Translations under genes and position numbers: made by a program | Notes under the pieces: model-generated | The model's input: the letters and a program-made list of their open reading frames with translations, nothing else | The model's database searches: none | What the model was told of the DNA's origin: nothing | Shown here: piece by piece, positions 9,205-19,386 of the stretch | Position numbering within the stretch: position 1 is the first letter of the stretch | Layout: each line of letters opens with the position of its first letter | Assembly: GCA_947448845.1 (NCBI GenBank) | Contig: CANFOX010000001.1 | Span: forward strand, 216-64,215 | Direction of reading: 5' to 3' | DNA length: 64,000 nucleotides | Origin: Microbacteriaceae bacterium | GTDB lineage: Bacteria > Actinomycetota > Actinomycetes > Actinomycetales > Microbacteriaceae

Positions 9205-10035
9205 TTGGCTAGCTCAGTTGACAAGCGTTTTCCGGTTCCTGCTGCTTTGAAGTCGCACGGACCGGCGCGAATCATTGCCATGTGTAATCAAAAGGGTGGG
9301 GTTGGTAAGACCACATCATCGATTAACTTGGCTGCCGCTTTGGCAGATTACGGCCGCAAGGTCTTGGTTGTTGATTTCGACCCTCAGGGCGCATTTACCG
9401 CGGGTCTTGGCATGGTTGCCAACGAAACTGCGAACATTTACACACTCATGGTGAACGATTCTCAAGACCCACACGATGCCATCAAGCCAACCGGCATTCC
9501 AAACCTTGACCTAATTGCAGCCAACATCGACCTTTCCGCCGCCGAGGTTCAACTGGTTGGTGTGCTTGGTCGTGAACACATTCTCAACACCGTGCTTCAA
9601 AAAGTGGTCGATGAATACGACGTAATTTTGATTGACTGCCAGCCATCCCTTGGTTTGCTAACCGTGAATGCACTGGCAGCCGCACACGGAGTTTTGATTC
9701 CGGTTGCCTGCGAGATTTTCGCCCTTCGCGGTGTTGCTCTGCTGCTCGACACCCTCGACAAGGTTCGTCAGCGCAAGATCAATGAAACCATCAAGCTCGA
9801 TGGAATCTTGGCAACCATGTATGACGCCAGAACTTTGCACTCACGTGAGGTTCTAGGGCAACTTCAAAGCGCATTCAAAGGTGACCTTTTGAAGACCGTT
9901 ATTTCTAGAACCGTTAAGTTTCCTGATTCGAACAGCGCACGCAAGCCAATCACCGAGTTTGCCTCAAGCTCTGAAGGTGCCGAGAGTTACCGCTCTCTAG
10001 CCCGTGAGTTGGTGGCTCGTGGCGTTACCCCTTAG
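9205..10035 (+). CDS. ParA/Soj family ATPase linked to scpAB (Rv1708-like)
   Basis: [24 protein letters not shown]; TTG 9205 follows GGAGG 9195-9199 and -10 TAGGCT 9182-9187. Confidence 0.9.
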   Translation: MASSVDKRFPVPAALKSHGPARIIAMCNQKGGVGKTTSSINLAAALADYGRKVLVVDFDPQGAFTAGLGMVANETANIYTLMVNDSQDPHDAIKPTGIPNLDLIAANIDLSAAEVQLVGVLGREHILNTVLQKVVDEYDVILIDCQPSLGLLTVNALAAAHGVLIPVACEIFALRGVALLLDTLDKVRQRKINETIKLDGILATMYDARTLHSREVLGQLQSAFKGDLLKTVISRTVKFPDSNSARKPITEFASSSEGAESYRSLARELVARGVTP

Positions 10036-10828
10036 CCCCGAGCGAGCCTCAGGTTTCGAGCTAAGTCTCGCAAATTTCGAAGGCCCGTTCGACCTGCTTT
10101 TGAGTTTGATAGCGAAGCACGAACTTGCCATTACCGAAGTATCGCTGAGTCGCATCACTGACGAATTTATTGGCTACCTAAAAAAGCTCACCGGTATTGA
10201 CGAAATGGACCAAGCCAGCGAGTTCGTGGTAGTTGCCGCGACCCTGCTCGACCTAAAGATTGCCAGCCTGTTGCCAAAGGGTGAAGTGGTAGACGCCGAG
10301 GATGTTGCCGTTCTCGAAGCCAGAGACTTGCTTTTCGCCCGATTGCTGCAATATCGAGCTTTCAAAGACGTTTCTGCTTGGTTTGCCGCCGGCTTTGAAT
10401 CTGAGCAAAACCGCCTGGTTCGCGAGATAAAACTTGAAGAGCGTTTCATGCCTCAACAAAAAGAACTGGTCTGGAACACCTCGCTAGAAGAGTTCGCTGG
10501 CATGGCTCTGATGGCTCTGACGCCAAAGGTAGCGCCGACCATAGGTCTTGGGCATTTGCATGTGCCTCAGGTAAGCATTCGCGAGCAGGCCAAGGTGATT
10601 CTCACCCGCCTAAAGGCTGAGGGAAGAGCCGACTTCAGTTCGCTACTCGGTGAACTTACCGACCGGCCAACCGTTGTTGCTCGCTTTCTAGCAGTTCTTG
10701 AGCTCTACCGAGTGTCTGCTATCAGTATCGAAGTCACCGAAACCCTGGGGCCAATTCTTGTGATTTTGAAAAACCAAAATTTTGACACCGAAACCCTAGC
10801 CGCGCTGGGGGCTGAATTCGATGGTTGA
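10019..10828 (+). CDS. scpA: Segregation and condensation protein A (kleisin)
   Basis: FEGPFDLLLSLI, ASEFVVVAATLLDLK, VVARFLAVLEL; start GTG 10019 is tentative. Confidence 0.93.
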   Translation: MALPLSPERASGFELSLANFEGPFDLLLSLIAKHELAITEVSLSRITDEFIGYLKKLTGIDEMDQASEFVVVAATLLDLKIASLLPKGEVVDAEDVAVLEARDLLFARLLQYRAFKDVSAWFAAGFESEQNRLVREIKLEERFMPQQKELVWNTSLEEFAGMALMALTPKVAPTIGLGHLHVPQVSIREQAKVILTRLKAEGRADFSSLLGELTDRPTVVARFLAVLELYRVSAISIEVTETLGPILVILKNQNFDTETLAALGAEFDG

Positions 10829-11402
10829 TTTTGAAGACGCAGAACTAATCAATGCCAACAACCTGAAGGCGGCCCTAGAAGCTATCTTTCTGGTTGCCGA
10901 GAGCCCGCTATCGGTGGTGAATCTTGCCACCGCGCTTGAACGCCCGGCAGCCGAGGTAAAAACCGCCATAGAGTCACTGGCCGCCGAATATGACGAGGCC
11001 AACGGCGGCGAAGGTAGAGGGTTCGAACTGCGCGAGATTGGTGGGGGTTGGCGCTTCTATGTGCGCGAAACCTTCGACTGGGCGGTTCGACTTTTTATTG
11101 CCCGCGAAAACCCCGCCAAACTAAGCCAGGCGGCACTTGAAACTTTGGCGGTCATTGCCTATCGCCAACCGATTACCCGTGGGCAAATTGCCTCGATTAG
11201 AGCCGTAAACGTCGATGGTGTGGTGCGAACCCTGCTAAGCCGAGGCCTAATTACCGAGGTCTATAGCGACCAAGAAACCGGAGCCGTGCACTTTGGAACG
11301 ACCGAACTGATGCTTCAGCAGCTGGGAATTAACAGCATTGAAGATCTACCAAAAATAAGCCCACTACTACCGGACAACAACGATGACCTCAACGCACTCT
11401 GA
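10821..11402 (+). CDS. scpB: Segregation and condensation protein B
   Basis: ALEAIFLV, LSQAALETLAVIAYRQPITR, FGTT. Confidence 0.95.
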   Translation: MVDFEDAELINANNLKAALEAIFLVAESPLSVVNLATALERPAAEVKTAIESLAAEYDEANGGEGRGFELREIGGGWRFYVRETFDWAVRLFIARENPAKLSQAALETLAVIAYRQPITRGQIASIRAVNVDGVVRTLLSRGLITEVYSDQETGAVHFGTTELMLQQLGINSIEDLPKISPLLPDNNDDLNAL

Positions 11403-12159
11403 TTCTGAAGATGGGCGTATTCGCCTGCAAAAAGCCCTGGCTAACGCCGGCGTCGCGTCGCGTCGCGTTTGTGAAGGTTTGATTGTTGCCGGAAAGGTAA
11501 AAGTTAACGGCAAAGTTGTTAGTGAACTTGGTTCCAGAGTTAACCCGCTAACCGACAGCGTTACCGTCAGTGGTCGCCCAATTCAGCTCGACAACGAGAA
11601 GGTTTACCTCGCGCTAAACAAGCCAGAAGGTGTTATCAGCACCATGGCTGACGAACTAGGTCGACCTGATCTTTCACAGTACGGCAGCGGTTATGAGCGC
11701 ATGTTCAACGTTGGTCGCCTCGACTCTGAGACCACCGGCCTGATTCTGCTCACCAACGACGGCGACATGGCTCACGTTTTGGCGCATCCATCCTTCGGTG
11801 TTGAAAAAACTTACCTGGCAAAAATCGAAGGCGAAATCGAGCGCAGTGAACTTTCGGTGCTTCTCGATGGCGTGACCCTGGAAGACGGCGTCTCAAGAGC
11901 CGACCGCGTGAAGTTGGTTGCGGTTTCGAAGGGCAACTCGCTGGTTGAATTGGTGATTCACTCTGGCAAGAACCGAATTGTTCGCCGCATGTTTGACAGC
12001 ATCGGTTACCCAGTTATTGCTCTGGTGCGTAAGCAGTTTGGCCCCATTCACTTGGGTTCACTCAAGCTCGGCCAAATCAGGGAACTTACTAAAATAGAGG
12101 TCAGCGAGCTCATGCGCATTGCGCAGGGGCCAGAAAAGAAATCTGACAGAAAAAGGTAA
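11383..12159 (+). CDS. rluB: 23S rRNA pseudouridine synthase, RsuA/RluB family
   Basis: S4 domain RLQKALANAGVASRR, GRLD, GKNRIVRRM; follows scpB. Confidence 0.88.
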   Translation: MTSTHSDSEDGRIRLQKALANAGVASRRVCEGLIVAGKVKVNGKVVSELGSRVNPLTDSVTVSGRPIQLDNEKVYLALNKPEGVISTMADELGRPDLSQYGSGYERMFNVGRLDSETTGLILLTNDGDMAHVLAHPSFGVEKTYLAKIEGEIERSELSVLLDGVTLEDGVSRADRVKLVAVSKGNSLVELVIHSGKNRIVRRMFDSIGYPVIALVRKQFGPIHLGSLKLGQIRELTKIEVSELMRIAQGPEKKSDRKR

Positions 12160-12161
12160 CC

Positions 12162-12524
12162 ATGGCCATTCGTGGATTTCGTGGCGCGATTCAACTTGAT
12201 CAAGACGAGCGCGAACACCTTCTAAAGTCAACCGCCGAGCTGCTTTCGAAGGTTCTTCACGCCAATGAACTGGCAAACGAAGACCTGATTTCGATAATGT
12301 TCACCGCCACCCCAGACATCACAAGTGAGTTTCCGGCGGTGGCCGCTCGCGAACTTGGGCTCGGCGACGTGCCACTGCTTTGCTTTGTTGAAATGGATGT
12401 TCAGCACGCCCTTTCGCGCGTGATTCGATTGATGATTTTGGCCGAAACCGAAAAACCTAGAAGCGAGATTCAGCACGTTTATTTGCGCGGCGCAACGGCG
12501 CTTCGACAGGATCTAGCGCAGTGA
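12162..12524 (+). CDS. aroH: Chorismate mutase, AroH class
   Basis: IRGFRGA, FTATPD, FPAVAAR, HVYLRGATALRQDL as in Bacillus-type AroH. Confidence 0.93.
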   Translation: MAIRGFRGAIQLDQDEREHLLKSTAELLSKVLHANELANEDLISIMFTATPDITSEFPAVAARELGLGDVPLLCFVEMDVQHALSRVIRLMILAETEKPRSEIQHVYLRGATALRQDLAQ

Positions 12525-13600
12525 CCAGAACCACCGGCACCGTGCGAATTGTTGGAGCCGGGTTACTTGGCACCAGCATTGGCTTGGCGTTTCGCAAACT
12601 TGGCGTCAATGTAGTGCTCAGCGACAGTTCGCCGATTTCAACTTCGCTGGCCACCGACATGGGCGCCGGCCGTTTGGCAAATAGTTCAGATACCCCTGCC
12701 TTAATTGTGGTTTGCGTGCCGCCAGATGTAACCGCGGCAGTGGTTGCCAAAGAGCTCGAAACATACCCAAATGCCGTGGTTACCGATGTGGCTAGCGTAA
12801 AAGTTGAAGTTTTGGCGTCTTTGACGACCGAAAATGCCGACCTGAGTCGCTACGTTGGCTCGCACCCTATGGCTGGGCGCGAACGTGGGGGAGCCATAGC
12901 CGGCCGCGCCGACCTTTTTGTTGGGCGGCCCTGGGTTGTGGTTCCGAACCACGAGAGCTCGCCAACTGCCGTTGGCATGGTTGAGAACCTAGCGCTAGAC
13001 CTCGAGGCAACCCCGCTAACCTTGAGCGCTGCCGAGCACGACCGCGCGGTCGCGTTGGTGTCGCACCTGCCGCAGCTAGTTTCTAGCCTTTTGGCTGCAC
13101 GACTTTTAGACGCCCAAGGGTCTGATGTCAACCTGGCCGGCCAGGGGCTTCGCGACACCACGCGCATTGCCGCCAGTGATCCGAAACTGTGGGTGCAGAT
13201 TCTTGGCGCCAATGCCGCACCGGTAGCCGAGCTTCTCAAAAAACTTGGCCAAGATTTAGCCGAAACCGTAGCTGCCCTCGAGCAACCGAACGCGGCGGGC
13301 GCCTTGGCAACTCTTGGTCGCGCGCTCGAGCGCGGCAATCGCGGGGTCGAACGCATTCCTGGTAAACACGGCGCCAGCCAAACCAAGTATTCCCAAATCG
13401 TGGTGATGATCGACGACAAACCGGGTGAGTTGGCAAGACTACTTACCGAAATTGGTGAAATTGGGGTGAACCTAGAAGATCTCAAATTAGAGCATTCACC
13501 TGGCGCACCGGTTGGTTTGCCTGAACTTTATGTTCTTCCGGAAGCCGAGAAAAATTTGATTGCCGCACTTACCGCTCGTGGTTGGCGATTAGCCGGATGA
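12521..13600 (+). CDS. tyrA: Prephenate dehydrogenase with C-terminal ACT domain
   Basis: GAGLLG, TDVASVK, SHPMAGRE, HDRAVALVSHLPQ, DTTRIA, DDKPGELA. Confidence 0.93.
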   Translation: MTRTTGTVRIVGAGLLGTSIGLAFRKLGVNVVLSDSSPISTSLATDMGAGRLANSSDTPALIVVCVPPDVTAAVVAKELETYPNAVVTDVASVKVEVLASLTTENADLSRYVGSHPMAGRERGGAIAGRADLFVGRPWVVVPNHESSPTAVGMVENLALDLEATPLTLSAAEHDRAVALVSHLPQLVSSLLAARLLDAQGSDVNLAGQGLRDTTRIAASDPKLWVQILGANAAPVAELLKKLGQDLAETVAALEQPNAAGALATLGRALERGNRGVERIPGKHGASQTKYSQIVVMIDDKPGELARLLTEIGEIGVNLEDLKLEHSPGAPVGLPELYVLPEAEKNLIAALTARGWRLAG

Positions 13601-14256
13601 CCAACTTCGTGGTTGCCATCGATGGCCCCGCCGGATCGGGTAAATCTAGCGTAAGTCGCCGCGTTGCCAGCGACCTTGGATTTGGATACCTAGATACCGG
13701 GGCCGCCTATCGCGCCCTAACCTGGTGGGTCTACGAGCGGGCTAATCAGCCCGTGGAATCGCTTGGGTCAGGCGAATTCGCGGCTGATTTCGACTATCGA
13801 ATCTCCACCGATCCGAATGATTTTTGGGTGAAGGTTGCCGAAACCGATCTGACCGAGAAGATTCGTGAATCGAATATTGCCCTAAAGGTTTCGGACGTCG
13901 CCAAGCAGCCGGCGGTTCGAGAATTCATGCGCGAACTTACCAGGCGCGAGGTAGCCAAATGCAGCCTGCCGGGAATCGTTGTAGAAGGCCGTGACATTAC
14001 CTCAGTGGTGCTGCCTGATGCCCAGATTCGCCTCTTACTAACTGCCGATGAATCGGTTAGACTTGGCCGTAGGTCGGCTGAAATGCCTGCTGCCAAGCAG
14101 CTGGGCCACGAAGTTTCAAAACGGGATCTCGCAGATTCCCGAGTGGTCGACTTTATGAATCCAGCCGCCGGAGTCACCTTGGTGGACTCAACCGATTTGG
14201 ATTTCGACCAGACCGTGGCTGCCGTAAAGGCGTTCATCGCCAAGCAAACAAACTAA
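13597..14256 (+). CDS. cmk: Cytidylate kinase
   Basis: [27 protein letters not shown]; start ATG 13597 (ATGA overlap). Confidence 0.95.
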   Translation: MTNFVVAIDGPAGSGKSSVSRRVASDLGFGYLDTGAAYRALTWWVYERANQPVESLGSGEFAADFDYRISTDPNDFWVKVAETDLTEKIRESNIALKVSDVAKQPAVREFMRELTRREVAKCSLPGIVVEGRDITSVVLPDAQIRLLLTADESVRLGRRSAEMPAAKQLGHEVSKRDLADSRVVDFMNPAAGVTLVDSTDLDFDQTVAAVKAFIAKQTN

Positions 14257-14266
14257 GGATTACCTC

Positions 14267-15775
14267 ATGTCTGAACCAGAGTACGAAACTTCTGACGCCT
14301 CGGCGTTGGTGGCTAGGCTGGCCGACATCTCGGCTGAAGAAGCCGCTCAGCGCGCTGACACCCTTCGCGAAGGGCTAACCGACTATGAACTTGAACAAGA
14401 AGACATCGACATTCTCGGTGAAGTTGACGACGACGACGAAATCGAAGTTGAACAACCGGCCCCACCGGTGCTTGCCATCATTGGTCGCCCAAACGTCGGT
14501 AAATCGGCACTGGTAAACCGCATTCTTGGTCGCCGTGAGGCAGTTGTTGAAGACAAGCCTGGCGTAACTCGCGACCGCATTGCCTATAAGGCAGAGTGGA
14601 ACGACCGTAAGTTCACCCTGGTTGACACCGGTGGATGGGAGCCAGATGCCAAGGGAATCGACCTCACGGTTGCGGCTCAAGCCGAAATCGCTGTCGAAAT
14701 GGCTGACGCCGTGCTGTTCGTAGTTGACGCCATGGTCGGCGCCACCACCACAGACGAATTCGTTGTGAAGATGCTTCGCCGCAGTGATCGACCAGTTTTT
14801 CTAGCAGCCAACAAGATTGACGACGCCCGCCAAGAGCCAGAAGCCTCCAGCCTTTGGTCACTTGGGCTGGGTGAACCACATCCGGTTTCTGCACTTCACG
14901 GCAGAGGGGTCGCCGACCTCATGGACGAAATTTTGAAGGTTCTGCCGAAAGAGTCTCGAGTTGCCAAGCGCGAAATCGGCGGGCCTCGCCGAGTTGCCAT
15001 TATTGGTCGCCCAAACGTTGGAAAGTCTTCACTTCTGAACAAGGCGGTTGGTTCAGAGCGCGCGGTGGTCAACGACCTTGCCGGCACCACCCGTGACCCA
15101 ATCGACGAGCAAGTTGAACTTGGGGGCAAAGCTTGGCGTTTCGTTGACACCGCAGGTATTCGACGCCGCGTCAACCTTCAGCAGGGCGCCGATTTCTACG
15201 CATCGCTTCGCACCGCAGCCGCCCTCGAACGAGCAGAAGTGGCAGTGGTGCTATTTGACATAACCGTTCCCATCACCGAACAAGACATTCGAATCGTTGA
15301 CATGGCTCTTGAGGCTGGGCGAGCCCTTGTGCTTGCCTTCAACAAGTGGGATGAAATCGATGACGATCGCCGTTACATGCTCGAACGCGAAATCGAGCAA
15401 GACCTCGCGCACGTAGCCTGGGCTCCTCGCGTGAACATTTCGGCGAAAACCGGTCGCCACCTGGAAAAGCTGGTGCCAGCCCTAGAGGTTGCCCTCGAAT
15501 CATGGGACGCCCGTATTCCAACCGGAAAGTTCAACGCATTCTTGCAAGAACTCACCATGGCCACCCCGCACCCAGTTCGCGGTGGCAAGCAGCCTCGCAT
15601 TTTGTTTGGCACCCAGGCCAGCGCTAGACCACCAAAGTTTGTGCTCTTCACCACCGGATTTCTCGACGAGGGATACCGCCGCTTCATCATTCGCCGCCTG
15701 CGCGAAACCTATGGTTTCGAGGGCTCGCCTATTGAAGTTGGCATGCGTGTGCGTGAAAAGCGCAAGCGCACCTAA
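14267..15775 (+). CDS. der: Ribosome biogenesis GTPase Der (EngA) with acidic N-terminal extension
   Basis: Two GRPNVGKS P-loops, DTGG/DTAG, NKID/NKWD, C-terminal KH-like domain. Confidence 0.97.
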   Translation: MSEPEYETSDASALVARLADISAEEAAQRADTLREGLTDYELEQEDIDILGEVDDDDEIEVEQPAPPVLAIIGRPNVGKSALVNRILGRREAVVEDKPGVTRDRIAYKAEWNDRKFTLVDTGGWEPDAKGIDLTVAAQAEIAVEMADAVLFVVDAMVGATTTDEFVVKMLRRSDRPVFLAANKIDDARQEPEASSLWSLGLGEPHPVSALHGRGVADLMDEILKVLPKESRVAKREIGGPRRVAIIGRPNVGKSSLLNKAVGSERAVVNDLAGTTRDPIDEQVELGGKAWRFVDTAGIRRRVNLQQGADFYASLRTAAALERAEVAVVLFDITVPITEQDIRIVDMALEAGRALVLAFNKWDEIDDDRRYMLEREIEQDLAHVAWAPRVNISAKTGRHLEKLVPALEVALESWDARIPTGKFNAFLQELTMATPHPVRGGKQPRILFGTQASARPPKFVLFTTGFLDEGYRRFIIRRLRETYGFEGSPIEVGMRVREKRKRT

Positions 15776-15791
15776 ATAAACTTGTTCAAAA

Positions 15792-15868
15792 CGGGCTATA
15801 GCGCAGCTTGGTAGCGCACTTGTCTGGGGGACAAGGGGTCGCCGGTTCAAATCCGGCTAGCCCGACCA
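15792..15868 (+). tRNA. tRNA-Pro(GGG)
   Basis: Acceptor CGGGCTA/TAGCCCG, D-loop AGCTTGGTA, anticodon arm CTTGT-CTGGGGG-ACAAG, T-loop GGTTCAAATCC, encoded CCA; 77 nt. Confidence 0.97.
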
Positions 15869-15899
15869 CTGTGATTCATGTTAGGTAGACTCAACATTT

Positions 15900-16499
15900 A
15901 TGGGGCAAACACAATCAGATCGCTGGCGCGACCAAGTGTGGAACGCCCCTAATCTTTTGAGCGTGCTTCGCCTTCTGCTGGTGCCAATCTTCTTTTGGAT
16001 GCTTTTGACCGAGCACTTTTTCTGGGGTGTAAGTCTGCTGGCTTTTGCCGGCGCCACCGACTTCTTTGACGGCCTAATTGCCCGTCGCTACAACCTGGTA
16101 ACCAGACTCGGGCAACTGCTTGACCCCGCGGCAGATCGCCTCTACATCTTCTCTACGTTGCTAGCTCTAACCATCAACGGAATCATTCCGGTTTGGATTG
16201 CTGCCCTGGTGATTTCACGAGACGTGGTGCTTGCCATCGCCTACGTTGCTCTTGCAAATATCGGATACGGCCCACTGCCAGTGCACATTCTCGGCAAGGC
16301 CGCCACTTTCTCGCTGCTTTACGCGTTTCCACTTCTGGTTTTGGCGCACATTTGGCCAACGGCATCCGACTATATTTTGCCTTTGGCTTGGGCCTTCGCT
16401 CTCTGGGGCGTTGCCCTCTATTGGTGGGCCGGAGTGGTGTATCTGATTCAGGTTTTTGGTTTATTTAGTGCACGGAATTCCGCTAGGCTGAATCGCTAA
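15900..16499 (+). CDS. CDP-alcohol phosphatidyltransferase (PgsA2-like)
   Basis: PNLLSVLR, TDFFDGLIARR...GQLLDPAADR signature; multiple TM helices. Confidence 0.92.
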   Translation: MGQTQSDRWRDQVWNAPNLLSVLRLLLVPIFFWMLLTEHFFWGVSLLAFAGATDFFDGLIARRYNLVTRLGQLLDPAADRLYIFSTLLALTINGIIPVWIAALVISRDVVLAIAYVALANIGYGPLPVHILGKAATFSLLYAFPLLVLAHIWPTASDYILPLAWAFALWGVALYWWAGVVYLIQVFGLFSARNSARLNR

Positions 16500-16515
16500 A
16501 GGAGGTAACCAAAGC

Positions 16516-16950
16516 ATGAGCAATTTTGACGAATCAGAGCAGAATTCCAGCCACACTCAGAGCTTTAGTTACGCCGATTTAAACGCTGAAGAGCAAGAGC
16601 TGAGCGCCGAAGTTTTAGAGGCAGTTGCCGCGTTACCTTCTGGTTCAGCATTGCTGGTTGTGAAGCACGGCGCAGAGGCCGGTTCCCGCTTTTTGCTCGA
16701 TAAAGAATTGACCACTGCTGGCCGGCACCCAAACGCAGATATTTTTCTGGATGACGTAACCGTGTCACGCCGTCACGCCGAGTTTCTGCGCGTGGGCAAC
16801 ACCTTTCAGGTGCGAGACCTAGGCTCGTTAAACGGCACCTATTACGACGGTGTGCGCATTGAAAGCGCCTTACTGCACGACGGCTCTGAAGTTCAGGTTG
16901 GCAAGTACCACCTAACCTTTCTGGCATCCCGCAAAGACCTAGGGTCGTAA
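16516..16950 (+). CDS. garA: FHA-domain protein, GarA/OdhI family
   Basis: GSRFLLD..TTAGRHPNADIFLDDVTVSRRHAEF..DLGSLNGTY; strong SD AAAGGAGGT. Confidence 0.88.
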   Translation: MSNFDESEQNSSHTQSFSYADLNAEEQELSAEVLEAVAALPSGSALLVVKHGAEAGSRFLLDKELTTAGRHPNADIFLDDVTVSRRHAEFLRVGNTFQVRDLGSLNGTYYDGVRIESALLHDGSEVQVGKYHLTFLASRKDLGS

Positions 16951-17642
16951 TGGCTGCAGCAGAAAATGTTCGCTATTTAGCTGCGGGCAAACTTTTTAAT
17001 ATCGGTCAGGTTTTGAACGCACTGCAAAAAGAGTTCGCCGACCTAAGTGAATCGAAACTGCGTTACCTCGAAGAACAAGGCATTGTCACCCCGCAACGCA
17101 CTGCAGCGGGTTACCGCAAATTCTCTGAGACAGACGTTCAGCGTTTGCAGTTGGCGCTTACCCTGCAGCGCGATCAGTATCTACCTCTAAAAGTTATTCG
17201 CAGCTACCTAGAAGACCTCGACGACGGCAAAAACCCAATCCTTCCGAACGGCAGTCCAACCACAGGCGCTATTCGAATTCCTGCAAAGCGCGTTAGCCAA
17301 ATCGACCTCATTGCAGAAACAGGCATTGGCGACAGTTTGCTGGCCCAGGCTCAAGAAGTTTTACTTATCGGTGAGGGTCCGTTTGATTTGTCTGAGGTTG
17401 AAATCGCGCGATCCATCGTTCAGCTTCAGCGCTTCGGTATTTCGCCGCGCCACCTAAAAGGTGCCAAGGCTGCGGCAATTCGCGAAATTGGCATTATTGA
17501 AGGCGTGGTGGCGCCGGTTCTTGGCAAGAAAGACACCGCGAGCCGCGCGAAAGCGGCTCAGTTTGCCTTCGAAATGGAAACTCTGTTTGCAAGTATTCGC
17601 TCGAATTTGATTCGCGGCGCAATCTCTAAAATCGACGAATAG
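16950..17642 (+). CDS. ftsR: MerR-family regulator, FtsR/Rv1828-like
   Basis: IGQVL..L..EF.DLSESKLRYLEEQG..TPQRTAAGYRKFS, QRDQYLPLKVIR, FGISPRHL; directly after garA. Confidence 0.8.
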   Translation: MAAAENVRYLAAGKLFNIGQVLNALQKEFADLSESKLRYLEEQGIVTPQRTAAGYRKFSETDVQRLQLALTLQRDQYLPLKVIRSYLEDLDDGKNPILPNGSPTTGAIRIPAKRVSQIDLIAETGIGDSLLAQAQEVLLIGEGPFDLSEVEIARSIVQLQRFGISPRHLKGAKAAAIREIGIIEGVVAPVLGKKDTASRAKAAQFAFEMETLFASIRSNLIRGAISKIDE

Positions 17643-17669
17643 CTCAAAAATTCGCTTGTGTGCGAAAAA

Positions 17670-17680
17670 GCGACACGCCG
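17670..17680 (+). promoter_or_regulatory. GCGACACGCCG motif (putative WhiA GACAC site)
   Basis: The 10-mer recurs exactly in the intergenic regions before ftsZ and nrdR. Confidence 0.5.
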
Positions 17681-17762
17681 TAACTAGAAAATTAACTGCA
17701 CAATTAGCAAATAGGCAACACAATTGTCTAAGTGTCAACTTGAAGTTGAGAGAGGAGCAAGA

Positions 17763-18314
17763 GTGTTCGACCCAACAGATTCCAAGCCAATTGATTCTGC
17801 GTACGCCGAAGACATGCTCTTCACCGACGGATTACCGGCGCTTGACCCAAACATTGGCTACCGAGGAACTTCGGCGGCAACGGCTGCCGGTATTAGTTAC
17901 CGCCAGCTTGATTACTGGGATCGCACCGAACTAGTTCAGCCAACGGTCAGTCGCGCCACCGGTTCCGGCTCGCAGCGTCTTTACGCGTTTCGCGACATAA
18001 TCGTTTTGAAATTAGTGAAGCGCCTACTAGACACCGGTGTTTCGCTTCAGCAGATTCGCACAGCAGTTGAACAGTTGCGTGCCGCTGGCATTTCAGACCT
18101 GGCTCGAATCACGCTCATGAGCGATGGCGCTCGGGTTTATTTATGCACCTCAAAAGACGAAGTGATTGACCTTTTGGCTCGTGGCCAGGGTGTTTTTGGT
18201 ATTGCAGTTGGAAGCGTGCTTCGTGAGGTTGAAGCAACCTTGATTACGATGGCTCCTAGTGAGCTAGAGGCGCACGACGAACTGGCTGCCAAGCGCCAGA
18301 AGCGCGCTATTTAG
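17763..18314 (+). CDS. MerR-family regulator, Rv1830 (McdR)-like
   Basis: GYRG..A..AAGISYRQLDYWDRT.LV.P, GSGSQRLY, KRLLDTGVSLQQIR, GQGVFGIA; GTG 17763 follows SD AGAGGAG. Confidence 0.88.
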   Translation: MFDPTDSKPIDSAYAEDMLFTDGLPALDPNIGYRGTSAATAAGISYRQLDYWDRTELVQPTVSRATGSGSQRLYAFRDIIVLKLVKRLLDTGVSLQQIRTAVEQLRAAGISDLARITLMSDGARVYLCTSKDEVIDLLARGQGVFGIAVGSVLREVEATLITMAPSELEAHDELAAKRQKRAI

Positions 18315-19324
18315 TATTTAGCCTTCTTGCCGCCCGGAACGTATACATATGTTGGCGTTTCAATAGTGATGGCTTCTTCGGTGCCTTGCATTTGAATGAT
18401 GCGATCGATGGCATCCTGGTTGCCTGCAATTTTCTCTTCTGCGGAATCAAACTTAATGACCGATTCCAGCCCAGATCCGCGCATAACCTTCTTGAATCGA
18501 GCGAATCTAGACGTGGTTTGCGCGGTTTCTGCCGGCTGGTGCAGGTTGAATGAGGCGATTACCTGGTTCAAAATGTGATCGAAGTTTGAGGCGATGCGCT
18601 GAGTAACTTCGCCTGGCCAGAGGTGAATCGGGCGACCTGCGCCCTGAGCCTGCTGAACCTGAGGAATGTCTTCGAAGTAAGGCTCTAGCAAGCCGCTGCC
18701 AAAAACTTCTTTTAATTCGCCAAGGCGGAATTCGTGTTCTTGATTGCCTTCAAGGTATCGGTTCACGACAACACCGGCGGTGGCAACGCGTGGGTTCAAC
18801 TTGGCTTGCATTTCTTTAATGGCAGATACGGCTCGGTAAGAGGCAACCACCGAGAACATGGCCGGCTCGCTAACCACCAGCACGCGGTCGCTGGCAGCCC
18901 AAGCGGTGCGGGTTAGAGCGTTCAGTGAAGGGGGAGTGTCAATGATGACCAGGTCGTAATCTTCTTCAACCCGGTAGAGCGCCTCTTCAAGTTTCCAGAG
19001 GTCTCGAATGGATGGGTTCGGGGTGTCGAGGGCGCGGATTTTCTCGCTACCAACCATGACATCCATAACGCCCGGATGAAGTAGTGACCAAGATGAGGCT
19101 ACGATTGCTCTATGCACAACGTTGTGCTTGGGGTTTTCAAGAACTTCAGCGCAAGTTTCGCGGTAAACCCCAATGGCTCCGAGTCCTGAAGATGCGTCAT
19201 GTTGCGGGTCTAAATCAACCACCAAGGTTTTTAGCCCGCGAGTGAATGCAGCCGATGCCAGCCCAAGGGAGACTGTGGTTTTACCCACTCCACCCTTTAG
19301 TGAACTGACGCTGAGGACATGCAT
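18311..19324 (-). CDS. ParA family ATPase (orphan) with C-terminal extension
   Basis: [22 protein letters not shown]; leaderless-type -10 TAGACT 6 nt upstream of ATG. Confidence 0.9.
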   Translation of the reverse strand: MHVLSVSSLKGGVGKTTVSLGLASAAFTRGLKTLVVDLDPQHDASSGLGAIGVYRETCAEVLENPKHNVVHRAIVASSWSLLHPGVMDVMVGSEKIRALDTPNPSIRDLWKLEEALYRVEEDYDLVIIDTPPSLNALTRTAWAASDRVLVVSEPAMFSVVASYRAVSAIKEMQAKLNPRVATAGVVVNRYLEGNQEHEFRLGELKEVFGSGLLEPYFEDIPQVQQAQGAGRPIHLWPGEVTQRIASNFDHILNQVIASFNLHQPAETAQTTSRFARFKKVMRGSGLESVIKFDSAEEKIAGNQDAIDRIIQMQGTEEAITIETPTYVYVPGGKKAKY

Positions 19325-19386
19325 GTCGGTAGTCTACCCTTGATTGCAGAAGAAGGTTCTGCACCAAATTTACATAAAGGGAGCGA

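Noticed and set aside
12850-13485. 211-aa antisense ORF and the many other nested or antisense ORFs in the track
   Set aside because: Shadow frames of well-conserved genes, with S/R/P-rich composition and no motifs or initiation signals.
15792-15900. tRNA-Pro as an occupied integration site
   Set aside because: A core gene starts 31 nt after the CCA; I saw no duplicated tRNA 3' end or adjacent integrase.
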